Source of the DNA: Octopus vulgaris
Lineage: Eukaryota
Assembly: GCA_951406725.2 (NCBI GenBank)
Contig: OX597818.1
Location: forward strand, 138,322,001 to 138,386,000
Reading direction: 5' to 3'
DNA: 64,000 nucleotides
The notes under the pieces are model-generated. The model ran no database searches, was not told where the DNA came from, and was given only the letters and a program-made list of their open reading frames with translations. The position numbers and the translations under genes are program-made. This document shows positions 13,304-26,599 of the stretch, one piece after another. Numbering within the stretch: the first letter of the stretch is position 1; the number at the start of each line of letters is the position of its first letter.

Positions 13304-13450
13304 ATTTATTTTATAGAAGGAGCTTCTACAGGACTAGAACTGTTTCATTCAAATGAAATCATCAGGAAGCTTCTTGACACCAAGCTTCCTGATGATTTCA
13401 TTTGAATGAAACAGTTCTAGTCCTGTAGAAGCTCCTTCTATAAAATAAAT
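13304..13450. repeat. Palindrome (69-bp arms, 9-nt spacer) carrying twin hammerhead motifs
   Basis: 13304-13372 is the reverse complement of 13382-13450. It sits inside an insert flanked by (TA)n. Confidence 0.9.
13383..13433 (+). ncRNA. Type-I hammerhead ribozyme motif (identical mirror copy at 13321-13371, -)
   Basis: agcttc-CTGATGA-t ttca tt tgaa t-GAAA-cag ttctagtc ctG-TA-gaagct. Shows a 6-bp stem I, short stem II, 3-bp stem III and a GUA cleavage triplet. Confidence 0.75.
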
Positions 13451-13454
13451 AAAT

Positions 13455-13523
<69 letters not shown>

Positions 13524-13525
13524 GC

Positions 13526-13558
<33 letters not shown>

Positions 13559-14415
13559 TGTATGTATGTATGTATGTATGTATGTATGTATGTATGTATG
13601 TATGTATGTATGTATGTATGTATGTATGTATGTATGTGAGAGAAATAGAGACTAATAGAAAGAAATTTGTAGATAAAAAGTAAGGTGACGGAAAATAATG
13701 ATGGAAAAAATTGGCGCAAAATGAGATAACGTCGAGATTAGCAATGGCGGAATTAGATGCGAATGAAAGTGGATAATAGAGTGAATGATAAATAAGAATG
13801 ATGGCGGGGGAAAACAGAGAGCAGGGGATGTAGAGGGAGACGATGAGAGAGGGAGAGAGGGTGGAAGAGAGAAGGCGAGAGAGATTGGTATGTGCTATAG
13901 AGTGGGAAGATAGATATGTGACAATACTCGTTGGACTCCACCAAAACACATGTACAAATATAAAGTATAATGAAAGAAGCAGACGACACTCGTGTTTTCT
14001 TGGAGGCGGAGGGTAGTGACGGTGAGAGTAGAGTAGTAAAGATGGTAGCAGTGTTAATAGATAGCGATAGTAGTGGAGGGGGAAAATTATGAATATAAAG
14101 GTAATTGTGGTAGCTGTGATGATGGTACGTGTAAGAATATAATGGTTGTGGGGAGAGGGGTAGGTGTGTGTGAGTGTATTGGTTATGTGACGAGAATGGT
14201 TGTAGGAGTAGTTTGATAATGGTGATAGTAGTGATGTTGGTGGTGGTAGTATGAGTTGATAAGTAATTGTAATAGCATTCATTGATGGTGGTTGTTGTCT
14301 TGATGGTGGTGGTGGTGGTGGTGGGGTGGTTAGACATTGTTGAGGAAAGGACATATTAGTGAGTGAATGAAGAGAAAGAGGAAAAAGAGATTGAAAGAGA
14401 AAGAATGAGTATAGT

Positions 14416-14460
<45 letters not shown>

Positions 14461-14577
14461 AAGTGAGTGAGATTGGTGGCGTAAAAAACGGAAAAAGTGA
14501 TAAGAAAACGAACGAGAATAAGATAAACAAAAAGAAGTGAAAGATGGACGGAAGAAAGACTGTGTGAGTGTGTGTGT

Positions 14578-14615
<38 letters not shown>

Positions 14616-15059
14616 AAGGGAAATGAGAAAAGAAATAAGCAGGGAGAGAGAAGTTGGAAGGAAATATCAGAAGGAAGTTGTGAGAAGAGAGTGAAAAGAT
14701 GTAATGAGGAAAAGAAGAAACTAGGGTGACAGAATGGATTAGTAGCAGACGATTTTGGGAGAGTATGACAGAGACAGAGACAGAGGGGGGAGAAAGAGAA
14801 GGAGGGAGAGAGAGAGAAAATAGGGGGAAGATATACTCAGTTAGTGAGAGAAAGACGAAGTGAAGAAGACAGAGAGAAGAGAAGAAGGTGAGAAGGTATG
14901 ATTAAGATAACGTAAAGAGAGGAATGGATAGCAATGTGGAAAAGTGAGGGAAAAGGACGAGGAAATGGATTGATTGGGGGGGAGGAAGGGAGAGAGTAAA
15001 AGTAGGGAGAGTGAGAGTGAAGGGAGAAAAAAGAGGGAGTGATATAAAACGAGTGGCAT

Positions 15060-15306
15060 GGAGAAAGAAAGAGAAAAAGAAAGAAAGAAAGAAGGAAAGA
15101 AAAGAAAGAAAGAAAGAAAGAAGGAAAGAAAAAAGAAGGAAAGAAAGAAAGAAAGAAAGAAATAAAAAGGAAGGAAGGAAGAAAGAAAGAAAGAAAGAAA
15201 GAAGGAAAGAAAGAAGGAAAGAAGGAAAGAAAGAAAGAAGAAAGAAGGAAAGAAAGAAGGAAAGAAGGAAAGAAAGAAAGAAGGAAAGAAAGAAAGAAAG
15301 AAGGAA

Positions 15307-15340
<34 letters not shown>

Positions 15341-15455
15341 AGGAAGGAAAGAAAGAAAAAAGAAAGAAAGAAAGAAAGAAGGAAAGAAAGAAGGAAAGAA
15401 AAAAAGAAGGAAAGAAAGAAAGAAAAAAGAAAGAAATAAAGAAGGAAGGAAGGAA

Positions 15456-15497
<42 letters not shown>

Positions 15498-15688
15498 AGG
15501 AAAGAAAGAAAGAAGGAAAGAAGGAAAGAAAGAAGGAAAGAAGGAAAGAAAGAAAGAAGGAAAGAAAGAAGAAAGAAAGAAAGAAAGAAAGAAGGAAGGA
15601 AAGAAAGAAGAAAAGAAAGAAAGAAAGAAAGAAGGAAAGAAAGAAAGATAGAAAGAAAGAAAGAAAGAAGGAAAGATAGAAAGAAAGC

Positions 15689-15728
<40 letters not shown>

Positions 15729-15730
15729 AG
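15060..15730. repeat. (GAAA/GAAG)n polypurine tract
   Basis: Read directly; it accounts for the FFLS and KKER ORFs. Confidence 0.95.
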
Positions 15731-15855
15731 CGAATAGAAGAAATACTAGTGTGGCCGAAAACCACAGAGAGAGTGTACCAGTGGGGTATGTGCAAGAGAA
15801 AGCGGGAGAGAAAGAGAGAGAGAGAGGAACAAAAGGGCTGAGAGTAAGACACGGG

Positions 15856-15906
<51 letters not shown>

Positions 15907-16443
15907 TTGGGCAGAGTACTAGAAAAAGCGAACGAACAAGCGTGTGTCGTCAGTTCGGTCGCGCATGGTGTACAGTACAGTTGTTGTATGGAGAACTCAC
16001 GCCCAGTGTGGAGATTACAGAGGCAGAATATACATAGATGCATCGTAATATACACACACACACACACAGACACACACACACACACACACACACACACAAG
16101 CATATCTCTAATATATTATATGTACATGCGGTGACAATAAAAACATATACGTGAGTGTTGGGTGAAGGTCACGTGGTTACACTGATTTATGGCGTCGGGA
16201 GTCAGCGGAACATAATTGAATCTAATTTTCAACAGGATACATGCGCACGCTCACCCACACGTGTGGAGATACATACGTGCAAATATACATAGATGCGTCG
16301 TAATACATACATACACACATGCACACATCCATATATACATACATGCATGCACACACACACACGCACACACACTAGCATATCTCTAATATATTATATGTAC
16401 ATGCGGCGTGACAATATTTATACATATACGTGAATATATATGA

Positions 16444-16493
<50 letters not shown>

Positions 16494-16604
16494 ACATATA
16501 TATATATGTGCGTGTGTGTGTACACATATATATGTGCGTGTGTGTGTGTGTGTGTATGCATGTATGTATGTATGTGTGTTTGTATATACATGCATACACA
16601 TACA

Positions 16605-16638
<34 letters not shown>

Positions 16639-16668
16639 CATACATGCATGCATACACACACATACACA

Positions 16669-16741
<73 letters not shown>

Positions 16742-17153
16742 TCCCTTTGACACGTGTAGTGTAGAAAGTTCGATGCACATACAGATTCAAAATTGATGCA
16801 CGCTTGCACTATAAGCAAGTCGCGTGCCTCGTGCATACATACACTCTAAACATGCACAAATACTGCTTGACATAAATATACGTCAACATAGAGACGAATT
16901 AGTTATATGTCTCGGATATGAATGAGATAGGCTGTGTGTGTATGAGTGTGAGAGTAAGGACGTGTCTGTATTTGTTTACATACACGCATACTTCTTTTAA
17001 ATGCACTGTAGAACACGCATATGTGTATATGTGTGTGTGTGTGTTTGTGTGTGTTTGTATGCATTTACATATTTATAGATAGATAGAATGATAGATAGAT
17101 AGATAGATAGATAGATACAATGGCAGAAAATGGTGCATATATATATATACATA

Positions 17154-17203
<50 letters not shown>

Positions 17204-17274
17204 TTGGGAGAGGGAGAGAGAGAGAGACCGACTAACAGACAGATAGCTAGCTATAGATATAATGGCAGAAAATG

Positions 17275-17365
<91 letters not shown>

Positions 17366-17469
17366 TATATATGCAAATACATATTTAAACAAATAGACAG
17401 GCAGACAGACAGACAGACAGACAGATAGATATATATATATATATATATATATATAGATAGATAGGTAGG

Positions 17470-17561
<92 letters not shown>

Positions 17562-17994
17562 GTGCCAGAAAAATAGACGTCAGATGTGCAGAAAGAAAAT
17601 ACAGCTCGAAAGATAGCGAAAGAGGATGGGAGCGAGGGAGAGGGAGAGAGAGAGAGGGGGGAGAGATAATCGGACTGTGACACATTAACACACAAAATAT
17701 AGAGGACTGATCATAGAAAGAAAGGTAAAGATGAGGCAAAGAAAGGAGAGAGAGAGAAAAAAATGAAGAGAAAGTGCTGAGTCAGTTGGGACAAGGCAAA
17801 CGTTGACAATGATAAATGTTGTAAAGTTATTAACAAGAAGACATCGCGCTTAGTCTCTAATGGAATAGAGAGGAGAGGTTCGTCCGTAACCATCTTAACA
17901 CTACACCAATATGGCCGACATGCGTAGTGACATACGTATAATACGTCTATATATGCTACGGATGCTTATATTTGCGTAGATATATATATATATC

Positions 17995-18190
17995 AGGAGT
18001 GGCTGTGTGGTTTAGCATTTGACTGCGGCCATGCTGCAGCATAGTTTTAGTTCAGCAAATCGACTGCGTGGCACCTTGGGCAAGTGTCTTATTCTATCGG
18101 TCTCTTTTGCCTCGGGCGGGACCAAAGCATCGGTTGTCAATGGATTTGCTAGACGGAAACTGAAAGACAGCCCGTCGTATATATGTATAT

Positions 18191-18239
<49 letters not shown>

Positions 18240-18432
18240 CGTGTGTGTGTTTTCCGTCTGTGTTTGTCCCCAAATCCACTCTTGACAACCGATGCTGGTC
18301 GGCCGTTACGGCGGCCATAGCAGAAGACACTTGCCCAAGATGCCACGCAGTGGGACTGAACCCGGAACCATGTGGTTGGTTAACAAGCTACTTACCACAC
18401 AGCCACTCATGCGCCTATAGCCACTCCTGCGC
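17995..18432. mobile_element. SINE family C, mosaic of both orientations
   Basis: Short blocks of forward and reverse family C sequence alternate. Confidence 0.6.
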
Positions 18433-18450
18433 ATATATATAGAGAGAGAC

Positions 18451-18511
<61 letters not shown>

Positions 18512-18872
18512 TATAGATAGATAGATAGATAGATAGATTTCTCTTACTTGTTTCTGTCATTAGACTGCAGCCATGCTGGGGCACCGCCATAAAAGGTTTT
18601 AGTCAAACAAATCGACCGCAGGATTTGTTCTTTGTAAGCTTAGTACTTATTCTATCGGTCTATTTTTCCGGACCGCTGAGTTACGGGATTTAGTAGACGG
18701 AAACTGAAAGAAACCTGTTGTATATATATATGTATATATATATATAATATGCTATTTCTAATATTTTTTGGTATATGGTTTTGAGCAACTTGTTGCAATT
18801 AACCCTTTATTATAATTAATTTATATATATATATATATATAATCTGTTCGAAAGCAATAATAATTCTCTAAA

Positions 18873-18907
<35 letters not shown>

Positions 18908-18936
18908 CTGTTCGAAAGCAATAATAATTCTCTAAA

Positions 18937-18994
<58 letters not shown>

Positions 18995-19141
18995 GTATGT
19001 GTGTCTGTATTTGACCCCTTCTCTACCGCTTGAGAACCGGTGTTGGTGTGTTTATGTCCTTGTAACTTAGCGGTTCGGCAAAAGAGACAGAGAGAATAAG
19101 TACCAGTATTGGTGTCGCACAGAAATGTGTGTGTGTGTGCG

Positions 19142-19194
<53 letters not shown>

Positions 19195-19865
19195 GTGCGT
19201 GTATGTGTGTGTATGTGTGTGTGTCTGTGTGTCTACGACGAGTATCCTAACAGTTTCCGTGTACCAGATTCTCCTACAAGGTGCCGCACACTGGGATCGA
19301 AACCAACACCATTTGGTTGCAAATCCTAATCAATCACATAAAAACGAATCAAACGAAGATGTCAAATACATTTTGACATGCATGAAGTTTATAACAGGAT
19401 GATACGCGGTTTTCCATCCTTCACTCATTAGGCACCTTGAAATATGTATGTGTGGGGAGGTGTCACCATCACCACCGGCTAAAAACCATTGTTTGTTTCG
19501 TCTCCGTAACCTAGCAGTTCAGCGAAAACCACTGATAGAATAGGTACCACACTTACGGTTGCATACTAGATTTTATACAGCGGATGATATTCGCAGATCT
19601 CCACCAAATATTCAACTATTCAAGAAACAGCTGTAAAGCACTACCTACACACTTCATTTCCTTTGGTTGCAAGTTTTTTTACCAGTGACACCACGGACTT
19701 TATTTACCTGTCTAAATCAATTCATCACGAAGCATCTTTTCTATCTCATCGTAACATGTACCTGTCTACACCTGAATCTTTATAAACATTCAGTTTCGGG
19801 ATCTTTCCTGGTTCCAATTGCATTTTGTGTTACATATTTATATAGTTGTCATCGATATGTTATAT

Positions 19866-20255
19866 AAATTCCTCCGAGGTCAACTTTGCCTTTCATCCTT
19901 TCGGGGTCGATAAATAAAGTACCAGTTTCGCACTGGGGGCGATATAATCGACTTAATCCCTTCGTCTGTCCTTGTTTGTCCCCTCTATGTTTAGCCCCTT
20001 GTGGGCAGTAAAGAAATATATATAAATACAAGGTGGCGATGAGACAGAATCGTTAGCACGCTGGCCATGATGCTCAGTGACATTTCGTCCGTCTCTACAT
20101 TCTGTGTCCAAATTCCACCGAGGTTTGATTTTGCCTTTCATTGTTTTTTTTTGGGGGAGGCGTGAAATAAGAACCAGTGAAACACCGAGGTCGATTTAAT
20201 CGACTTGGCACCTTCCTCCAAAACTGCTGACTTTGTGCCAGCAGTTTTGAAACCA
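19866..20255 (+). mobile_element. SINE family B 3' part followed by a diverged family B-like copy
   Basis: Similarity to 24107-24337. Confidence 0.75.
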
Positions 20256-21153
20256 ATATGTTGTTTTATATTTTGTTTCACTTATTAGATTGTGGCCATG
20301 CTGGAGCACCGTCTTGAAGAATTTCTTAGTCGAACGAATCGACCCGAGTACTTACTTTTTTTAAGGCTGATACTTATTCTATCAGTCTTTTTTTTTTTTT
20401 CGAACTGCTACGTTGTAGGGACGTAATCATACCAACACCGGCTGTCAAGTGCTGGTGGTGGTGGTGGTGGGACAAACACATACACGAATTTGAATTCAGA
20501 GCGTAAAGACAAACGAGGCATTCTATCCGACGTGCTACCATTCCGCTGTCCCTAAAATATGAGAAACGATTTTATAACAGGAAAGGATGTTAGTGGTTTT
20601 TCGTTTTTCGTTATTGCTATTGATATTGTTGTTGTCAGTGTTGTTGATGTTATTGTCGACATTCTTGTCGGGTATGAGCCTGGTCTAGTGGTTAAGAAAT
20701 TAATTTCACAATAACGTAGTGTCGGGTTCGAAATCGTTGCGTGGTTTCATGAGCAAGTTTCAGGTGCCACGCAGTGCAGTGGGACTGAACCCGGAACCAT
20801 GTGGTTGGGAAGCAAGTTATTTACCACACAGCCACCACTCCTGCACCTTTATATATATATATTGTTTGTGTGCTATATTTGTACTGATAGAAACGTGGTA
20901 GCACGCTGGAGCGAAATGCGTGGGAGCAGCAGCAGCAGCAGCAGCGTTACGCAGCATTCCGCGAGTAGTCGACTTTGCCTTTCAGTAGATAAAGTAGTAG
21001 TACCAGTTACGTAGTGGTGGTGGACGTAATCCGTTTGTCTGTCCTTATTTGTTCCCTCTGTGTGTAGCCCCTTGTGGGTAGTAAAGAAATATATATACAT
21101 TATTGTGTGCTATATTTGTACTGATAGAAGTGGTACTCATTGGAGGTGGGGGG

Positions 21154-21184
<31 letters not shown>

Positions 21185-21185
21185 A

Positions 21186-21238
<53 letters not shown>

Positions 21239-21450
21239 ACGATGGTGGGCCAACAGGAATGAAGAGGAGGAGGAGGAGGGCAGGGACGATGTAGCTGACG
21301 CAGAGTAATATGGGTGGAAAGAGGGATGGAGGGAGGGGGAGGAACAAAACGACGAAGAAAAAGAAGGTTTTAATGTGAAGGAGAGTGACACTATATAACC
21401 ATTGCGATGACAACTGACAATAAACATTTTGTTTGGTATATTTTTTGCAG

Positions 21451-21531
21451 AGTCAATCGGAGCCGAAAGTGACTCTACTCTTACAGAGGGACAAAGGAGC
21501 TCTCGGATTTAACATAATGGGCGGCTCTAAC
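21451..21531 (+). CDS. Internal coding exon: N-terminal part of a PDZ domain, probably a PDZRN3/PDZRN4 (LNX3/4)-like PDZ-RING protein
   Basis: Acceptor ttttttgcag|, donor |gtaagt, 81 nt, phase 0/0. Encodes SQSEPKVTLLLQRDKGALGFNIMGGSN, with the PDZ carboxylate-binding loop R-x-x-G-x-LGF. It resembles PDZRN3 PDZ1 (LTLVLHRDSGSLGFNIIGG, recalled). Orthology is not provable from one exon. Confidence 0.85.
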
Positions 21532-22063
21532 GTAAGTAAAAATTATTCATTATCATCATTATTATTATTATTGTTGTTGTTATCGTTGTCACTGTCATTG
21601 TTTTCGTCATCGTCTGTGGCGTATTTGGATTGTTTTGACTATTTTTTTTTTTTATCATCATCGTGGATAACAATCATTGATATATCATTGTTAATATCAT
21701 TTTTTGTCATCGTTTTGTCATGGCTAACTTCAATGTATTTTTCGACGTTAATATTCATCGTAAAAAGAAGAAAAAAATCGTCATTTTTGCTATCGATAAT
21801 CTCGTTGTTTTGTTTCTTTTTCCTTTCGTTAATATAACCGTTTTTGTTTTTTTTTATCATCATTAGCAAAGTGTTTTTTGTGTCATTGTTTAATTTAATA
21901 TAGTGCTTTTGTCATACTTGACAGCATCACTTTTCCTTTGTTTTTTTTTTGTTTTTTTTTGTCATCATTAACATCGTTCTCATTTTTTTCATCGTTATGT
22001 ATAATTGTTTTTGTAATTGCCGTTATCTTCACTGTCGTTGTCATCGTTTTTATTTTTACTTTT

Positions 22064-22116
<53 letters not shown>

Positions 22117-22633
22117 TGTCATTGACTAAGTGATGTTACGGACGGCTTCAAAGTAAGCCAGTATTGTTACTATTATTATCATTACCATGACCATTGTCAT
22201 CATCATCATCATCTTCATCGTTGTTGTCGCCGATGTTATCGATATAGTCGTCGTCATTTTCATTGGTATTATCATTGTCACTGTCATCAATATTCTAGAT
22301 GGCTTAAACCCAAGTTCACCTTTGCAGTAAGACTCACAATTTCATCCTCCGGTTATTCAATTCTCATCGCAAGCACCGAACCAAGATAAGACACCTTGCT
22401 ATAATGGATATCTGTACAGTAACCTATCCTGCTAGTACTGAGTGACTGGAGAGATAAGCCAGAAAAGTCACATTAGCAGAAATATATCTAAATTAAGATG
22501 ATAGAAGGACAGACGCTTTGTGATATAGTCAGGGAAACATTCGCGCAGTAATAAACAGATTCGTTGGTTCCCGTCAGCGAGGCTGATTCTCTTGTCTGTC
22601 TTCAAATATGTGCTCATAATATACAATAGTGGA

Positions 22634-23017
22634 TGGAAGCACTCCGTCGGTTATGACGATGAGGGTTCCGGTTGATCCGAATCAACGGAACAGCCTGCTC
22701 GTGGAATTAACGTGTAAGTGGCTGAGCACTCCACAGATCGTGTACCCTTAACGTAGTTCTCGGGGATATTCAGCGTGACACAGAGAGTGACAAGGCCGGC
22801 CCTTTGAAATACAGGTACAACAGAAACAGGAAGTAAGAGTGAGATAAAGTTGTGGTGAAAGAGTACAGCAGGGTTCACCACCATCCCCTGTCGGAGCCTC
22901 GTGGAGCTTTTAGGTGTATTCGCTCAATAAACACTCACAACGCCCGGTCTGGGAATCGAAACCGCGATCCTATGACCGCGAGTCCGCTGTCCTAACCACT
23001 GGGCCATTGCGCCTCCA
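22634..23017 (-). mobile_element. SINE family A, full length
   Basis: A/B boxes present; TSD tatacaatagt (22620-22630 and 23019-23029). Confidence 0.9.
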
Positions 23018-23413
23018 CTATACAATAGTATGAGACCGCGCAGTCAGTTTCATAACCGGATCAGTTAAACTGATGAGTTAGCTTCTTGTGTGGTTATGGA
23101 AAAAGCCCAACAGCTGTCTAAGCTGTGACACACTCTGTCAGTATCCTGTATGCGCTGAGAGAATGTACCAAGGCGAACCAAGACAGGATGCAGCCCTGGC
23201 ATCTCTCTTCAGGCGGACAGCCCTCTCATCGTCTCAACACAGTATTGTCATATTTAGAAGGGCTTTGAAGATTAAGCACTGTAGAGATCGAATTTGTGAC
23301 TTGAATGATTCTGGTGTGTCGGAAATCATGAAAGCTTCTTTGGCAGCCAAGGGAAAATCAACTAAAAAACATCACCTATCATTTAGATTTAAACCTTAAC
23401 ATTTAACTTATAA

Positions 23414-23785
23414 CTAGCAGTATCGCCCGGCGTTGCTCGGGTTTGTAAGGGAAATAACTATAAAGCATTTTTAGAGAGTTATAGCCAAAAGATGTAAAAA
23501 AAATTATGGTAAATTTTTTTTTTAGTTAAAAAGGTCGAGTTGCGTCCCCTAGACAGTCTGTGGTTTGTGTTTCTGATTCTCGACCCCATGTCGAATTTAT
23601 CGATTTTTTTCAGAACTGGGGGAACTTTTCAAAATTTTCGCTGTGTTAGTTTTGAATTATGACATTGGGCTATGTGTGTGTCAAGTTTCATCAGAATCGG
23701 TTGAAAGCCGTGGTCAGGGTGAGGGTACAACCCAACAGACACACAGAAACACACACAGACAAACTGCCGTTTATATATAGAGAGA
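23414..23785 (-). mobile_element. Non-autonomous Helitron
   Basis: Minus strand starts A|TCTCTCTATATATAAAC and has the same hairpin+CTAG|T 3' end as 1119. Confidence 0.85.
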
Positions 23786-24106
23786 TGAGATCCATGAGTT
23801 ATTTCCTGTTGCAAACGTTGATCCAAGGTGAGTGTTATGTCGCGCGATTGGATGCCTTCTACTCCACTCCTCCGACTGCTACTCTACTCACTAGTCTGAA
23901 CTCTGACGTCTAGGATTCTCCCACTATATCTACGTATTGGGCTAGCCTACTTCATCGTCTGGGGGCGTCCACACAACAGTGAGATACCTCGTTATGTTTG
24001 GCTTAACTTGGAACAGCTGATTTGGACATTATTTCGGTATCCGGAAAACTCATCGCTGTAAATTCAGTGCAATTACATCGAGGTAAATACATCATTATAA
24101 CATCAA

Positions 24107-24337
24107 AGGCGGCGAGCTGGCAGAAACGTTAGCACTCCGGGCGAAATGAGTAGCCGTATTTCGTCTGCCGTTACGTTCTGAGTTCAAATTCCGCCGAGGT
24201 CGACTTTGCCTTTCATCCTTTCGGGGTCGATAAATTAAGTACCAGTTACGCACTGGGGTCGATGTAATCGACTTAATCCCTTTGTCTGTCCTTGTTTGTC
24301 CCCTCTGTGTTTAGCCCTTGTGGGTAGTAAAGAAATA
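24107..24337 (+). mobile_element. SINE family B, full length
   Basis: tRNA-like head with B-box gagttcaaattcc. Central gtcgactttgcctttcatcctttcggggtcgataaa resembles the conserved Meta-type SINE domain. Confidence 0.9.
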
Positions 24338-24644
24338 ATTATAACTTCATCGCTGGATAATTTAATTTCATCGCAAGCCAATACATCTTCGATAAATTCA
24401 TCGTCATCCTTTTTAACTGTGGAGAAAATGCATCGCTAAACATTAAAGAACTTCTTTTATTCTCAGAGTACATATGTCGCTTTTCGTCAATAATGAAAAT
24501 ATAATTTTTTTCGTACTTCGTTCACTAATAACAGACTAGCAGACATGACTTTTTTTTGTTTTGGTTTTTGGTTTTTTGTTTTGCCTTTTTTGTTGTTCTT
24601 TTCATGGCGTTTTAATTTTTAATAAATAAATAAATAAATAAATG

Positions 24645-24891
24645 CGCCCTTTTAAAGTCTAGTCAGGCTCGTGGGCCCGGTTTCCCGGTTTCTATGGCGT
24701 ATGTGTTCCCCCCAGCTGGAAGAGACGCCAGCCCATCGCAGCGTTACTCATTTTTGCCAGCTGAGTGGACAGGAGCAACGTGAAATTAAGTGTTTTGCTC
24801 AAGAATACAACGCGTCGCCCGGTCCAGGAATCGAAACCACAATCTTACGATCATGGCGCTGACACCCTAACCACTAAGCCACGCGCCTCCA
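24645..24891 (-). mobile_element. SINE family D (V-domain-like)
   Basis: Minus strand has tggcttagtggttagg (A-box), ggtttcgattcc (B-box) and ctgcgatgggctggcgtctcttccag. Confidence 0.75.
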
Positions 24892-26430
24892 CTTTAAGTT
24901 TTAAACTGCTAAATAAAATATGCAGATTGACTGTTCAACTGAAACACCAAGGAAAATGAACATAATTATTTTCAAAACATAATCGAATCATAGAATACTG
25001 TGAGTCTTTCTTTATTCCCAAATGATCGTAAAATGCTATTTTAGTTTTTATGCGCTTAACGATAAACTAAGTAAATAATGTTATTAATACTGGTAACTTA
25101 AAAAAAATATATAACAATAGAGTCTTAATTCATTATATTTTAATTCGCCCTAATGAGGAAATAATGACAATAAGTCTCAGAGAAAATAATTATAGCGTTT
25201 CATTAACAATGTAAAAAGGAATTTAAAAACAAAAACAGTTTATTGAGAAATTTACTCAATATATACATAAATAGATACATAAAATAAAGTCACAAAAAGA
25301 TAATGTAGTTAAAAGAAAGATAACACTATTTTAAAATTGGAGGAAGGAAGGAAGGAAGAAACATTAAAAAAGATAAATAGTGAGTAATGTCGCTTAAATA
25401 ATCCATTATTCTGCCATATTGATAATCATTGATGTTGTCTGGAACTCTTAGAGCGTTATTTTTTATCTTTCTTTTTGCGATATGGAATATAAACACTGGC
25501 GATATAATGTTTAATTCTTATTTGGTATCTTTATTGTTGATTTTTTTTTTATCCAAATTTCTAAAAGTTTCTAGATAATAGGATGCAAAATTTGGGCCGT
25601 TAAAATTTCTTTTTTCATTGTGAATGAAAATACGCCGAATTAATTCTGTGAATAAAAGACATAAAATAATATTCACCGATGTACTTATTCAGCGGATCAA
25701 AGAGGTGGTTCGATGAATTTACCGATCATGTATTTTGGATTACGAAGCAATTACAAGGAAATAAAATTTCGCTGTGAATGTGTACTAATGTGTACACACA
25801 CATACAAACATGTGTGTATGTTTGTTTATATATGTGTATAAGTCTGTGTATAAGTCTAAGGTTGTGTGTGTGGGTGTGTGTTTCTATTGTTCCTCTGTTG
25901 TTTTTCGGTGTTTCCTCTCGATGTATTTAAACTAGTAATGGTTTTCTGATTAACATAACGGATCATGATTTGCGTGAAAACAGTTATAAAATTAATTTAT
26001 CTTAAATTTATTTAAATTGATTTAAACTATGTATCACGATTATGTAATTATATATTTAATACTGTCTATCTTAATGAAACAACTGTTGGGCAGAATTGAT
26101 GCATGAACTATACGTTTAATTTATGCTCTTCTACTTTTATGCTAAATATGCTACTCTTAAAAGTTGCTTTAACCAATTATGTATATACATACAAGTTGGT
26201 TCCACTTGGATTTACTTTAGTGAAACAACATGTTGGAGTTTAATGACCTGTTATCAATTAAGCTCTTAATTACTGTGGATTTTTCTTTGGTGCGTATACA
26301 TCAATTCTGTCAACGGGGATTGCAGTCCACACAGTATCATGGTATTGTATAATATACGTAGTTGATCTATGCATCTAAAAGGGAAAATTTAACTAGTTCT
26401 CCGAAGATTAAAAAGATGATGAAAGTTGAG

Positions 26431-26461
<31 letters not shown>

Positions 26462-26599
26462 AGGTATGGGTTGTGGTGGTGTTTTGATGGTGATAGTTGT
26501 TTTAGTGGTGGAAAAGGAGGATCTCCGCCGTTCAACAGTGATGGTTCAGGTGTTCTCCACGCCTGAGTTAACACATTTAATCAATATGACAAAGTGTTT

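Noticed and set aside
13398-14354. 318-aa minus-strand ORF
   Set aside because: Low-complexity sequence that includes microsatellites, with no domain or splice support.
14841-16103. 420-aa F/L/S-rich ORF resembling a membrane protein
   Set aside because: It is the reverse strand of the (GAAA)n tract.
21433-21837. 134-aa ORF as a complete gene
   Set aside because: Only 21451-21531 is exon-like; the remainder is low-complexity intron.
23050-23399. 103-aa ORF in complex sequence
   Set aside because: No recognisable motif or splice signals; probably a decayed transposon fragment.
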